NCBI RefSeq assembly: GCF_000143415.4
Contig: NW_003314351.1
Span: forward strand, 355,501 to 419,500
From: Selaginella moellendorffii
Taxonomy: Eukaryota > Plantae > Lycopodiophyta
Length of the DNA stretch: 64,000 nt
Reading direction: 5' to 3'
The notes below the pieces were generated by a model. It was given only the letters and a program-made list of their open reading frames with translations, was not told the origin of the DNA and did no database searches. Positions within the stretch are counted from its first letter, which is position 1. The number at the start of each line of letters is the position of its first letter. Both the position numbers and the translations under genes were made by a program. Shown here in pieces: positions 10,950 to 23,299 of this stretch.

Positions 10950-12306
10950 AAGTTACTTGTACGATGATGATCATGTCAGTGTTACCGGTTCAAAAGTGTG
11001 GATAACAATACATATGCTCCTCCCTGCTCTGGATTCATCCTGAATACCATGTTTGCAGCACAGCCCCCGTTCTGTAAGACTCTATAGCTGGCCCAAGCAA
11101 GCTAGTCCACTCCAAAACATCTGGAAAATATGGCAGGTTTGCAATGGCCTCATTAAGATGCCCTGACCGGCCCAACAGATCCACAAAGCATCGATTGGCT
11201 CCATTCCATAGTCTGCTACCACTGAAGCAAAGGCACTACCTTCCTCGCCTCACATTTCCAGTATGGCTGCAAGCCACCAGACCCAAAACAAAGCACGTCA
11301 AGTCCGGGAGGTGGAGTGTCTTTAGAGAACCAAACAGTTCCAATGCCTCAAATGAGCTAGGGCTACCAGCATCCCGGCATATGAAACCATGTCAGGCACG
11401 GGAATCAGGGCCAGCAGCTTCAAATCTCTGCCCAGATGCCCATTACCGGCATATACTGTCAGCACAGTATTCCACGTGGCAGATTCGTGTTGGGGGAGAC
11501 TTACAAACATTCTTATGGCCTTGGTCAGATGCCCATGCTGAGAATATGCCGAGAGCATTGTGTTGAAGAAAAGGCCTTGCTCTGGCACGGGGTTGAAGTT
11601 GTGCTGTATCTCCTCGATTCTGTACGCCACACTTGCTTTTCAAGAGCAGCATTGTGGTCCATGACACAAGATCCCTCTGTGGCATTTTCTCAAACACGCA
11701 CGTTGACTGCTCTATGCAACTGTGACTGGCATATGCCGCAAGCATTGAGTTTCCAGGAGACAATGTCCCTAAAAACATGGTTGTTGTGCATGAAACCAGG
11801 CTTCTTTCTGGCATCTCTTCTAGGAAGTTTGTAGATTCCTCTACACGACCGGCACGGGCATACGCTGCCAGCATGCCATTCCACGTCGCCACATCAAAGG
11901 AATACTGCCAAACAGCTGCTGGGAGAGATCCAGCCGTCCATTCTCGGAGCATGCCGCAGACTCGAACATCTTGACGCACTCTTGCATATGCCCAGTCCGG
12001 GCATATCCCGCCAAGGGCACATTCCAAGGCATGACGCTCTTGTGGGGCAAAGATTCTCTGGGCTTCCGCCAAAACCCCGTTCAGTACGTAGGCATTGAGC
12101 AGGAGATCCCAGGAGAAGGAATCTTTTCTGGGGAGCGAGTCAAACACGCGGCGGGCATTAGAGACAGTAGAGCACCTCCCGTACATCTGGATGAGCTTGT
12201 TGCAAAGGAAGATGTCGCCGCTAGTGATGGATTGGATCCTGGAGTGAGCTTGGAGAGCTTGAGATGGAGTTGCACAGCAATGGATGAGCTCCAAGCACCC
12301 AGTCAT
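10950..12306 (-). pseudogene. PLS-class pentatricopeptide-repeat pseudogene
   Basis: NKLIQMYGRC...ARRVFDSLPRKDSFSW, WNGMLAAYARAG, MPQRDLVSWTTML, FNTMLSAYSQHGH spread over several frames. Confidence 0.9.
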
Positions 12307-12346
12307 TCTTTCATTCTTTGTGAGTTTAGGGTTTTAGAAGGAAGCA

Positions 12347-14867
12347 ATGCTCCAGCAGCGGGTGAATGCGCTCACGGGGGAGAGCGAATGGATTCTCGTT
12401 GGCGATGGAGGCGACGGCGGCGATGCGAGCGATCCCCTGGCAGAGAGCTCGTATCTTGACATGCTGAATGATCGCGCCAGGAACAGGGCATTCTCTTCAG
12501 CAATCGCGAAGCTCGGCCGCCATGGCCATGTCCTGGACATTGGGTGAGGCTAGAGAGATCCTTCTTTCGTTTCCTGAGCTCGTTCTTGACAGTGCTGGCA
12601 CTGGGCTCTTGTCGCTCATGGCTTGGCGGGCAATGGAAGAGCAGTGCCAGGTGACTGCTTGCGAATCTTTTCTTCCAATGTACAAGCTGGCTCGCAAAGT
12701 TTGCCGAGACAATGGGACGATGGGAGCGATCAAGCTGCTCCATATGCGCTCGGATGAGATCAAAGTCGGGGTGGACATCTCTAGCAAAGCCGATGCATTG
12801 GTACGTTAAGTCTGTACACATTCTTCTTCTTCGTTTCCTCTGGACTCTTTGTCTCTCCAGGTGTGTGAGATTTTAGACTCGGAGTTGCTTGGAGAAGGGA
12901 TCATTCCAAGTCTAAGGCACGCTCATGAGCATTTACTCCGGCCTAATGCTGCCACAGTGCCATATCGAGCTACTGTGTATGCCCAGGTATATAGCAAAGT
13001 CTTTTTTCTTAGCTCAGTGTTGAGTTTACTTCTTTCTCTTAGCTAGTCGAGAGCGACTTTCTCTGGAGATTGCACGACCTTCAAGGGGTAGAAGACCGGC
13101 TGCAGGACGGATTGGCTTTCGCTCCCAATGATTTCTACTCTTACTTCAAGCACAGACAGCATGCGTTTCACGTTGATGAAATCCCCGGTATGAAGCTGGT
13201 AATTTAGTAGAGTTCTCTTACAAGTTACCAAAACCCGTGGCGCTGCAGCTTTCCGAGCCGTTTGAGGCCTTCGTTCTTGACTTCTATAGAGCTCCAGATG
13301 TGCGTGGAGAATTTAATCAAGCCGTGCATGTCAACTTCTCTGGGACTGCTCACGCAATAGTTTCATGGTACGAAACTTGCTCGGATTCGCTACTTCTTGG
13401 TTCGCTTTCTTCTCTGCTTGAACTTGACAAGGTGGGTGCTGCAGCTTGACAAAGATGGCCTGGTTTGCTACTCAACTGCTCCTCGTTGGATCAGAGGTTT
13501 GTTTTCCTGTTCGATTCTTTGAGTAACTCCGCAGATTTGTGTTCTCAGGGGCAAGCGAGTGGTGTGACCATTGGAAACAATGTGTGTGGTTTCTTCCTGG
13601 ACAAGGTGTTTCGGTGGAGGAGCAGTCGGAGCTTCGCGTCGTAGTCAGCCATGATGAAGCGTCAGTGCGGTATGACATCAATGGTGGTGTATGCTGTAAT
13701 AGTTCAGCGTCTGGTTTCGAGCTGAGCCTACAAAGGTGTCGCATGCTTGGTGACGGTAGCAGGCGTTCTATCATACAGTCTGCCATTCAGAAAGCTGTAA
13801 GTGTGTTTTGAATCTGTGAGTACGATTGTTTCTTTTTCTTTCTGTCCAGCTTGGAGAACGAGAACTTGGAAACTGTCTCATTCGGGATGACGGCCTGATG
13901 AGCGCCGTGTGTGCTCTATCTACACCGCATGGATCCTGCCATGTGGCTGGCTTGTTTCCAGGCTGTAGAAGAGATGGCTTGAAGTACTTGGAGAGCGTCG
14001 CGAGCAAGCTGTCTACTATACACAAAGACGTCAAGCATCTCACTGGGGACGATTTCAAGGGGCATAAAGTATACAGTCTTGCAACTCCATTGGATATGGA
14101 CGGGTTTCTTTCTTTTCGCGACAGGTGGATGTTCTTCTAGGGGAGCCTTATTACGCCACGTACGAGCATGCGTTGCCGTGGAAGCAGCTTCGGTTTTGGT
14201 TCGTTTTCGTTTCGTTTTCTAAAGAGTTGGAAGTTGTTTTAAAGCAGTGAGAATCCAGGTACGAGAGAACGACGCTAAGTCCGTTGCTATCAGAGAACCC
14301 TATTATAGTTCCCTGCTTTGGAATTCTCTATGGGATGGCTTGTCATCTTCCTGTAAGTTGATTATTTTCTCTGCAGTGACTTTGGTTTCATGTTGGCTAA
14401 ATCAGGATTTGTGGCAAAGCCGCTGTCGCCTTGAAGAAGTCGATGGCTTTGATCACAGGTCATTGACAAAACCGTTTTCGCTGCTCGAGTTCAACATGCG
14501 TGAGGAAATTCAGAGTCTAAGTGGATTTGCAAAGGTTATTCAATTCTGTCCTCTTTGGTACCACTTAATGTTTTCTGCTACTTTTGCACAGGTTAGCGTT
14601 GTAAAGACTGGGCTCTGCCATGGAGTTGTCCTGTGGATGGACTGGGTGATGGATCCCGAGAACAAGGATTTGGTACTTTCAACGGGACTTTTAAATCCAA
14701 GTGAGTAAGATTCTCTCCATCTCATCTCAAGGAGTTTCGTTTTACGTCTAGGCTGGAAGCAGGGCGTCAAGCTTTTCCGAAAGCCACTGCAAGCCACGGA
14801 GACTTTAGAGCTCAACGCGTCCTTCGATTCACAGACTGGAGAGATCAGCATCACTCGCGTGGTCTGA
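12347..14867 (+). CDS. PRMT7: Protein arginine N-methyltransferase 7, 13 exons, ~620 aa, reading frame intact
   Basis: SYLDMLND, VLDIG|AGTGLLS, EILDSELLGEG, WCDHWKQCVW, second PRMT module ending WKQGVKLF. GT-AG introns of ~50-70 nt splice into one frame (e.g. 12544-12592). Confidence 0.92.
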
Positions 14868-14929
14868 AGCCACAAACTCTTCTTTGCATTTAGGAAAACT
14901 TTTAAATCAACATCAGGTAAATTCCAAAC

Positions 14930-15850
14930 ATATAGTTCCTATCTCTTGTGCTTCAAGTTCTTTGTTTGTTCGTCCTTGAAGTGTTGTTGAGCCTGAAGTA
15001 AAGAGCGTCATACCGGATGCTCTTGATGTACGGTAAATTCCGCCACCTCGCAGTTGCTGAATTATACACCACCAAAATCTTGTTCTCTTGCTGAATTATA
15101 CACCACCAAAATCTTGTTCTCTTCCTGTTGCTTTTCATCAAGTCCTTCCTTGTTTGGCATTTTCTCTCCTCTTGCTCCGGGCCCATGCTCTTCTCTCCAG
15201 GCTGGTCTTCCTCCCACTCCCCTTCGTCTTCCTCGTCATCGTCATCGTCATAAGGCAGAGCTCCAGCACCACCACTCCATCCACAACATTACACGCCCGG
15301 AAGACGTGGGCACATCCACGATCCAGCACTTTGTCGGCCCGAGAATGGCTGCGCTGCGATCAAAGTGCCAGAAGTCGAGAATCTTGCGCCGCACAGCACA
15401 AACTGGTGGTGGTCACTGTCGTCAACCAGAGGCCACTCGATCCCTTTCTGGGAGAAGAAGGAGCCGGCATCCACTTGCCCGACTCCCAGACGCCGCGCAG
15501 CGCGTCGTGATCCCGGCACGACTCGACGACGCTCACGTCCGACTCCTTCCATGCGCTGTTAGCTCCGCGAGTCGAAAGCTTGGACCTGGACGATGCTCTG
15601 GAGGAGATTTTGCTGCTGCATGGCGGACACCATGTGACCGTAGCGGAGATAATCACTCGATTGATGGCCCAAGTTCATGGAGTAGCGAACGATCTTGAAG
15701 TCCCCACTCGAAGAACACGCAGGGCCAGCAGTAGCCGTTTCACCACGTGCCACGTGTTGGTTACCCCCAGCGAACCAGGCCCTTTTGAGCGGCGCGACAT
15801 TGTCAACCGGAAAGGTGGCGGCCCAAGAGTTATGGCACGATGACTTTATC
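14930..15850 (-). pseudogene. F-box-associated/kelch-like gene remnant (copy B 63190-64000)
   Basis: GDFKIVRY and ILVVYNSATARWR(K/N)LP motifs typical of F-box-associated repeats. Frameshifts and a 34-bp tandem duplication at 15054-15121. Confidence 0.45.
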
Positions 15851-18125
15851 TTAGAAAAGGTAGATCTAAATATGGAATGTTCTAAACTCAAACTTGTGTT
15901 TTTTTCTCTTTTTGGGCTGCCGCTACATTTGCTGCCGCTGAGGTCGTGCTGCGCCTTCGTCATCTCGATTTCATCGCTGCTGCATTTGCTGCCGCTCTCG
16001 ATGGCCGTCTTGGGGTCCTCGTGCTGCGCCCTCTCCATGGCCTTCTTGAGGTCCTCGTGCTGCGCCCTCGTCATCTCGATTGCGCGCAGGTCGTCGCCCG
16101 CTTCGTCGCCGGGTAACTCCAACTTGTGCGCTCTCCCCTTCTGCAGCAGCTCCTGGATCTCGAACACCTGCATGCAGCGGCGGACGGTGATCAGTGCCAC
16201 GATTGGCAGCAGCGCTGCGATGGAAATCCACGCCAGGAGGAGGGATTTGGACTTGTAGGTGGATTCTCCCTGAATAACCGCGAGCACCTGGAGACCACGC
16301 TGCGTGATCTGGACTTGGTCGGCGTGGAGTCCCCAGGTCACGAACTTCGCCTGCCTCTGCATTTCTGTGCCCATCATGGCGATGACAGCCGAGTAGGAGA
16401 CGATGGCCAGCAGCAAGTTGGCGATCAACAGCAGTGCGGTCTTGAGGTAGCGGGTTTTCCTTCTCAAGTTTTTTGAACGAAGGCGACTTAGCTGTGAATT
16501 TGTGAGTGGCTCTGTAGTAGCCACCACGGCGATGAAAGTGCTGGGAAGAGCGATGGCTGCCACCCAGAAATCCGTGGCGGCTCCTTGTTCCAGGTTGAGA
16601 GCCGAGCTGTGAGCTTGGATGTACAGGTTCTTGAGCTGGAAGAGGTATGCTTCAAGGATACCGACCTCGGAATCTATGGTATCATTGAAAGATGGGATGA
16701 AATCGGTGCCTGCCAGGCACATATCTCTCGCTGCTGGCACCACACAGTCGGTAAGGCCTTGGACATTGTTTATTTCTGAAAAGTTTGTGTCGTTCCTCCA
16801 GGATGCCGGAGGTGGATATAATCGGTGGAACAGCGATAGCACGTCTGTTCGGTTCCCATTGCCTTGGACACACAGGTAGCCTTCGCCATCGGCGCTAGAG
16901 TTTGAGCATGCAACAAAGTTTCCCGTCGAGCCAGACGCTAAAACAGGTGTGTGTACTTGTTGCTCGCATTTGCTGATATTGTCTTCCTCTCCTAGAAAAT
17001 TTAGTGGCTGCTCCATTCCCAAAACCCGGCAGTATTGCTTGCTACTTGTGCTGTTGAATTTGTCGTCCATTTGATAGCATCTCTCCACTGCATAGTAACC
17101 CGCGTCAGAAGCTTTCTTCACGACAGCTTTTATGCCCAGTATTGTCTCGGCCTGCACCCTCTGGGCCTGCACCCTCCAGGCCTGCCCCGCGGTTGAAAAA
17201 TCTCTGGACGCCATCTGTTTATCTCCGACACTTCCCGTCGCATCTATCATCTGTTTCGTTCCGGAACTTCCCACCAGCGTTTTATTTCTGGAACTTCCCG
17301 TCTCATCTATCACCGATTTAACTCCGGAACTTCCCGTCGCATCTTCATCTTCATCTCCGTACATTAAATTACGTCTAGCGCTGGTTTTACTGTCAGTCCT
17401 CGTCTTGTTTGAGCAGGAGATAAGTGTGCCATCTTGAAAGCTTTTGATTTTCACATCCGAGCTGTTGAGCAACTTGACTTGGCGGCTGTTGCTGGAGAGC
17501 TCGAGAATTCTTGCTGTTAAAGAGTTGCTAACTGTCTGGCTAAACTTATCTTCTCCATTCTCTTTAGAGGTTCTTATGGACTCGGACACCTCCCAGACTG
17601 TTCTAAACGCTGGCTTCTCCCCGATCGTAGTGAGTATGACTGGAGCCACACTGTCGCAAGCCTTACTGTCATCTTTGGTGTTGTCGCCAACACACAAGTA
17701 AGCCAGGATCCATACTGTGACACGCATCGTTCCCAGGCTCTTGATGTGGTCGACGGACTGGTACTCTGCAATGGCTGCTCCCCTCGTGCCTAACAGACCC
17801 TTCTTCTGCCTGATCTCCGATTTAGCCCGATCCGTCAGATTTTGGTCTTCGTGCCCAAAATCGCAGCGTGACTGGTTGTGTACAGCGCCAACCATGTACC
17901 GGAGAAAGGCCTCGGGACGCCTGTCCTGGAGGGGGAGGAACTGCCACCATACCTGTTTGTGGAGGGAGTCGCCGCTCATTCTCAGGATCGCCATGGAGCT
18001 GTCCACCTCCGACAGATCGCCTTGCTGCACAGAAATCACTGCGTGTCCATGGCACGAGAAGAGAACAAGAATGCAGGCCGAGAACACAAGCAACTTCATC
18101 TGCGGTGTAAGGCTACGCAGAGAAC
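15559..18125 (-). CDS. Intronless orphan membrane protein: signal peptide, Cys-containing ectodomain, ~3 C-terminal TM helices. Original ATG at 21046, cut off by the hAT insertion; in-frame ATG at 18099
   Basis: ~850 open codons. MKLLVFSACILVLFSCHGHA signal peptide. Hydrophobic segments FWVAAIALPSTFIAVVAT, ALLLIANLLLAIVSYSAVIAMM, LLLAWISIAALLPIVALITV. Confidence 0.75.
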
Positions 18126-21034
18126 CAGTGTGTAACAAAGTATTTTTAGTGTACTGGAAAAAATCCTTGAATACTTAAAATGAATAGGATATATTTTTTT
18201 TGTACCGGCATAATCCTTAAAAGAGGAAATCTCATTCGGATAAATTCCTTAATATATGAAAACTATAAGGAAGTTAAACATCTACAAACCGTCACTTTAG
18301 CTTGTATAAATATGCCTATAAGCTGCACCTTCCTTCCATGCTTGCACCACTGTTTCGAAATCAAACTCAGCTATTGGCGGACCCTCAATAGAGATCCTCA
18401 CAAGCTCGTCAACCATCTCTGTCCCCATTTGGTTTCGAAACTTATTCTTCACCAAGTTGATTCTACTAAACCCACGCTCACATGATGCAATGTTGCAGCA
18501 TTGAACCATGCCGACCATTGCCAACTTCAGCAAGTTGGGATACTTCTTCGTCCAGATACTGTGAGCATAAATCATTCCCCAAACATCCACGAAAGTTTTC
18601 CCCTTCCACTCCTCGGAAGCTATTATCTTCCATAAACTATACTCTTCAGCCAGCTCTGCTTCATTGATCATCCCTGTGTAGAACTTTCCAAGTTCCTGAA
18701 CCTCAAACTTACCAAAAGCTTTCAACTCACGCACTGATGAAGGTAAGTTGATAGGAGCTAAAAAGTGGAACTTGGAGAGAATACCAGTCGCCTCAGAGTC
18801 CTGTAACCTGGTCCTTATACCCTCCAAAAGACTAGTGCCAAAGTTCTTTTGAAACTCTAGTACCTCCTCTAAATCTTCTCCGTGAATCGACCTGATCATT
18901 TCCATGTCTCTGTATTCATTTCCCTTAACTGATGACCTGAGCTCATCCAAAGGACCATTGCGGCGTCCACCATCTGGGATTATAGGATATCCTCTGCTAT
19001 CCAACTGAAAACCATTCAAATCCACCTGCTTATCCAAATAGTATACCTGTATCTTGGCCATAGTTGCCTTGCATAAAGGTGCAACACTAGTCACGTCCAT
19101 AGTCTGTGCTTGAAACTCCAGGTTCAGCTGATTTACCACTGCCAAGATATCTCCTAGAAAGTGGAGTGCATAAAGGAACTTGAAACTCCTGAGACGGTCA
19201 TACAGCTTCCTTGTTTGAGTTGTTCTCCCGTCCTTAAAAAACTTGAGTAGTGGTTCCAGACACTCACACATCCTGGTAATGGCTCCACCCCTGCTCAACC
19301 AACATGTCTGCTGGATCCGCAACACCTTCAGCACCTTGAAGTCTAGCTCGTCCTATAGTGCCTGTAGCTGCTGCAACCTGCTAGAACTCCTTGAGAAAAA
19401 ACTGGCTACCTTGTTCACCACCTGATCCACTTCATCGCAAAGATTATGAACTGCTGGATTCTTGTAGACGTCCTCCACACATAAGTTAGCTCTGTGTGAA
19501 AGACAATGTGTGGAGGTCATGAATGGATTGACCTCCTTCAACCTTGCTGCAACCCCTGTCCTGTTTCCTGTCATAACATTGCAGCTGTCTGAACCAAACC
19601 CCACGAACCTGCTCATATCCAGCCCCCAATCCTGCAGTGAAGCTATGGTGGTGTTAAAAATCACCTCTGCAGAACTATTGTTCACCATTGACAAGCCTAA
19701 ATAGCTTGTCAACACCCTTGCATCGTGGATGTAGGTCACGTAAAAGATGAGGTGTTTACTGGTACTGCATTAACAAATTTAGAACCAAGAATATCACTAA
19801 TCAGCTTTACCTTATATCTGTGCTCTCATCTAGCATTATTCCAAAGAATGGGCTAGCTTTAACTTTCTCCAAAATTTGATCTAAGAGCACCTACACAACA
19901 AAATTCAGTCAAGGTTTATCATCAGACTTTAGCTCACCTTGTTGATGAAAGTGATGAAGCGTGAGCAGGCCATCACGTTCTTGTACATGCTAGGAACATA
20001 AACTCCGTTCAACTGTTGTAGCTCCAGAAGCAATGGGTATTTGCGAAGAGGAACAAAACCTTGTGCAATAGCATAAGCAGTCCTAAACAAGCAAATAACT
20101 CCCTTCTCTGCTGCCTCTCGTTGCCGATCATTTGCAGTTGCTATGGAGGATTGACCGCCAGCTTTCACCTCAGCTATGTAAATGGAATGCTTGTGATCTT
20201 TTGTTTGCCCATGAGCATGGAAACTTGAAGTCTTCATGTTGGTGGAACTTATGTACCAAATGGATTCTTGCAATTCTTGTTGGCACGGCATATTGAGCAG
20301 AAGATCAATGCTGTAATGCAAGTAGGATTAGATGAAAAATCAAGAAAATTATTACCATTTTTCTGATCAAAATGCAACCACCGCCATTTTATGACCCATG
20401 CAGGTTGCCACTTCCCCCTACGAATTTTCTTCTCCTTCTCCTCTACTGATGTAGCATCACCTTCTCCCACTTCACATCCCTCCTCAGGCTCAGTCCCCTC
20501 CAGGTTGTCCTCATCTACAAAACCCAATGGGGGCAAAACTTAACAAAGATTGCTTTGATTGAGCAATGGCTTTTGCAGCAGCCTTGCTCCTACCTGCAGG
20601 CACCCTCCCCATTTCCCAGATGATCTCCCCACCAAAATCTATGTTCACACCCACGCCCACGCCCACGTGAACATTGTGAAAGAATATTCTAACCTTAGAG
20701 CCCACGTGAACATTGTGAAAGAATATTCTAACCTTAGATTAATGACATGGTTTACTTAGTGTAACTATGTTTAGTTAGTGTTAACTAAGATTGATGATTA
20801 TTTATTTAATCTTGTTAATTAGAATTAATTAAACATAATTAACCATGAAACCCTAATCCTCAAAAGGTAGGTGAATGTACCGGCAGGATTCCTTATAACA
20901 TCCAAACGTACCGGATCTAGCCTTATACGAGATTTTTTGCACCGGTCGTATATCCTTGTAACTTTGTTTTGTACCGGCAATTCTGAAATGGTACCGGCAG
21001 GGTACAAAGGAGCCTCGGACTTTGTTACACACTG
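18126..21034 (-). mobile_element. hAT DNA transposon, 2909 bp, 16-bp TIR CAGTGTGTAACAAAGT, 8-bp TSD CAGAGAAC
   Basis: Perfect TIRs at 18126-18141 and 21019-21034. TSD at 18118-18125 and 21035-21042. Subterminal GTACCGG motifs at both ends. Confidence 0.97.
18297..20612 (-). pseudogene. hAT transposase (ZNF862-like), intron-containing, premature stop at 19353
   Basis: GFGSDSCNVMTG, HCLSHRANL, WLSRG and the C-terminal dimerisation motif CERGFSRINLVKNKFRNQM. Confidence 0.9.
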
Positions 21035-21059
21035 CAGAGAACCCATGGCTCGGTGTCTT

Positions 21060-21480
21060 AATTATAAAAGCAAAGTTACAAAGAACTTTGAATATTTTAA
21101 GTGGTTTGTGGGGGATATGGAATGAGAAGATGCTTTCACACTGAGATTGAGACTGCAAATGCTTTCACACTGTTCCCAGGGATGGACGTGGTTAAGTTCC
21201 TGGCATTATAGAAATCTCATGAAAACAAAGTTAAAACAACTTTGAATGTTTTCATTCATCATAAATTGTTTATATGGTTTACTAGTACGAAGCATGAGAT
21301 GAGACTACAGATGCTTTCACGGATGGACGTGGTTAAGTTCCTGGCATTATGAAAGTCTTATAAAGAAAAGTTACAAACAACTTTGAATATTTTCAGTGGG
21401 CATACGGAAAGACAAGATGCTTTCACCCTGTTCCCAGGCTGCTTGAAGGGATGGACGTGGTTAAGTTCCTGATGCATTGT
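21060..21480. repeat. Three imperfect ~130-150 bp tandem units in the presumed promoter of the orphan gene
   Basis: GATGGACGTGGTTAAGTTCCTG at 21181, 21322, 21450; aagtta-aactttgaat-tttt at ~21074, 21228, 21368. Confidence 0.8.
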
Positions 21481-21899
21481 TCTTATTCTAGAAAAAATGT
21501 ATTCGACTCTTTTGTACTATGGCTGATTGATTGGACCATAATTCAATACAAGACAGCCTATTGTCATTCACACTTTAATGTTTTGACAAACACATGGACT
21601 TGGGTGATTTGTAAATTTTTGCAGTGGGTGAAGTTGGGTGAACTTGATCCACTAGAAGTTGGGTGAAGTGAAATTGGGTTGTGAAGTTCACCATTGCACT
21701 TACAAGCATCAAGTCTCAAGGTTCTCTTTCACGCTGGTGTTGTTCTTCCACAGGAAGTATAGGTTCTTCGACACTAGCAAATTCTAGCCCACATCTTCTC
21801 CAACACAATCCTCTACTCCAATTATGTCAGGAGGAGCCAGAGGAAGTGGACTTCCACAATGATGAAGTATTTTATGCAAATACAAATACAAATATAAAT

Positions 21900-22842
21900 A
21901 CACACTTGCAAACTTTCTTTATTTCTAAGATAAATAATGAGAATTCAGATGCGGAGCGGTTGTGGTTACAACAGAGGATGGAGCAGCCGAGTGGCTAGGC
22001 ATAGTAGAACAAAACACCATTCACAGATTGACCAACCCTAAGAGCGGCTTTTCTCAATCGCCAGCTCCTCTAGCAAGAAAAGGTTGGGTTAGCTATAAAA
22101 ATAGGTGTTCTTAAGTATTATTGTCAGGGATTGCCATTAGAGATGGAATCTCACATGAAAATTCAGAATCCAGCGACTTTGGAGGAAGCAATCCAACACA
22201 CCTCAAATTGGGAACAACCAAAGCTTTTGATTATGAATAAGCAAGGTATGCATACAATGCCTCTCTATAGTGGAGTCTCTGAAGTTTCTAGATCTATAGT
22301 AGATTTGAGAGCCTAGGATTGTTTATTTCAGTCTTGAGAACAATGGATTATAGCAAGCAGCCTATTTTTACAGTGCAACAAATTCTAGTGCAGTCAGTTA
22401 CTGTTCCAATTGTGCAGCAGCAGCAACCTGTAGTAGCAAGTAAGGATCAGATCATGTCATTGAAGGAAGATCTTTTGGGAGCTCTCACCAAGAAAATGGC
22501 AAACCTGCAAGTGAATTTTGTGTGGGAAGCAGAGCGCCAGCCCCGAGTTTTGAAGGAGCATGGTGTGTCAAGTGCAAGGGATACTGAATGTCTTACTCCT
22601 GGAAATTTCCGGTCGACGAAGGAAATCCTCCTACTCAAGCTCAATTCTCGGGTGGGGCTGGAATATTCTGAAAGGACTATTCAGGGCATGGTACATAACC
22701 ATCATGCTATAGATTATTGGATTATTGTTTGTATTAGAGTTCCATACAAGGAGGATTTCTGCCGCAGCTTAGACGATGGCCAATTCTTGCAATTTTGGCC
22801 TTCATACCAGGTTATGTTTCTATGCAAAATCCTATGACTAGG
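21900..22842 (+). mobile_element. Highly decayed retroelement gag remnant, continuing after 28419
   Basis: YYCQGLPLEMESHMKIQNPATLEEAIQ gag-like motif with many stops. Confidence 0.5.
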
Positions 22843-23299
22843 TGTCAGGAATCCCCCAATTCTTGCCACATTCCTGACTCTCGCCGGATTCCTAACCTGC
22901 AGACCACATTCCTGACTCTCGAGACACTTCCCTATTCCTGACTCTCGAGACACTTCCTGATTCTTGAGTCTCGAGCCAAATTCCTGATGATGATGTGGCG
23001 CCTCCTCGACCTCAGCTATATTTAGGCCGTCCTCGATCCAAGAGTGGTGGAGCTTTATCAACCTATAGTATATATAGGTTAGCCTTGTTCCATTTCTCCA
23101 CAATCTGAATCAACACCAGTCTAAGGCTTCTTCTTTGTTTCCATTAGCTTTTCTCTTTGTCTTTAGCATTTTCTAGTCTTGATCTTGTTGGGGGTCTTGA
23201 CAGTTTGACTCAGATTGTGTTTTTTGCTTTTCTTTTAGCTCGTTTTGATTATTTGATTGCTTTTGTCTTTTTCCCCCTTTCTTTTCTTTCTTCTTGCCA

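Larger units (their letters stand above)
1..15726 (+). repeat. Copy A of a long direct duplication (copy B = 53249-64000)
   Basis: Position 1 (actctaccccaatggcactgtc) matches 53249. Colinear at high identity through to the window end (63968 ttgaagtcaccactcg = 15695), apart from the 5842-10821 insertion and small indels. Confidence 0.97.

Noticed and set aside
11144-12821. Plus-strand ORFs over the PPR and minus-strand ORFs over PRMT7
   Set aside because: Shadow frames of real genes with no independent motifs.
15559-18138. Retroviral env-like or fusogen call for the orphan protein
   Set aside because: Not inside an LTR element, has several TM helices, and no recognisable fusion motif; unsupported without a structure search.
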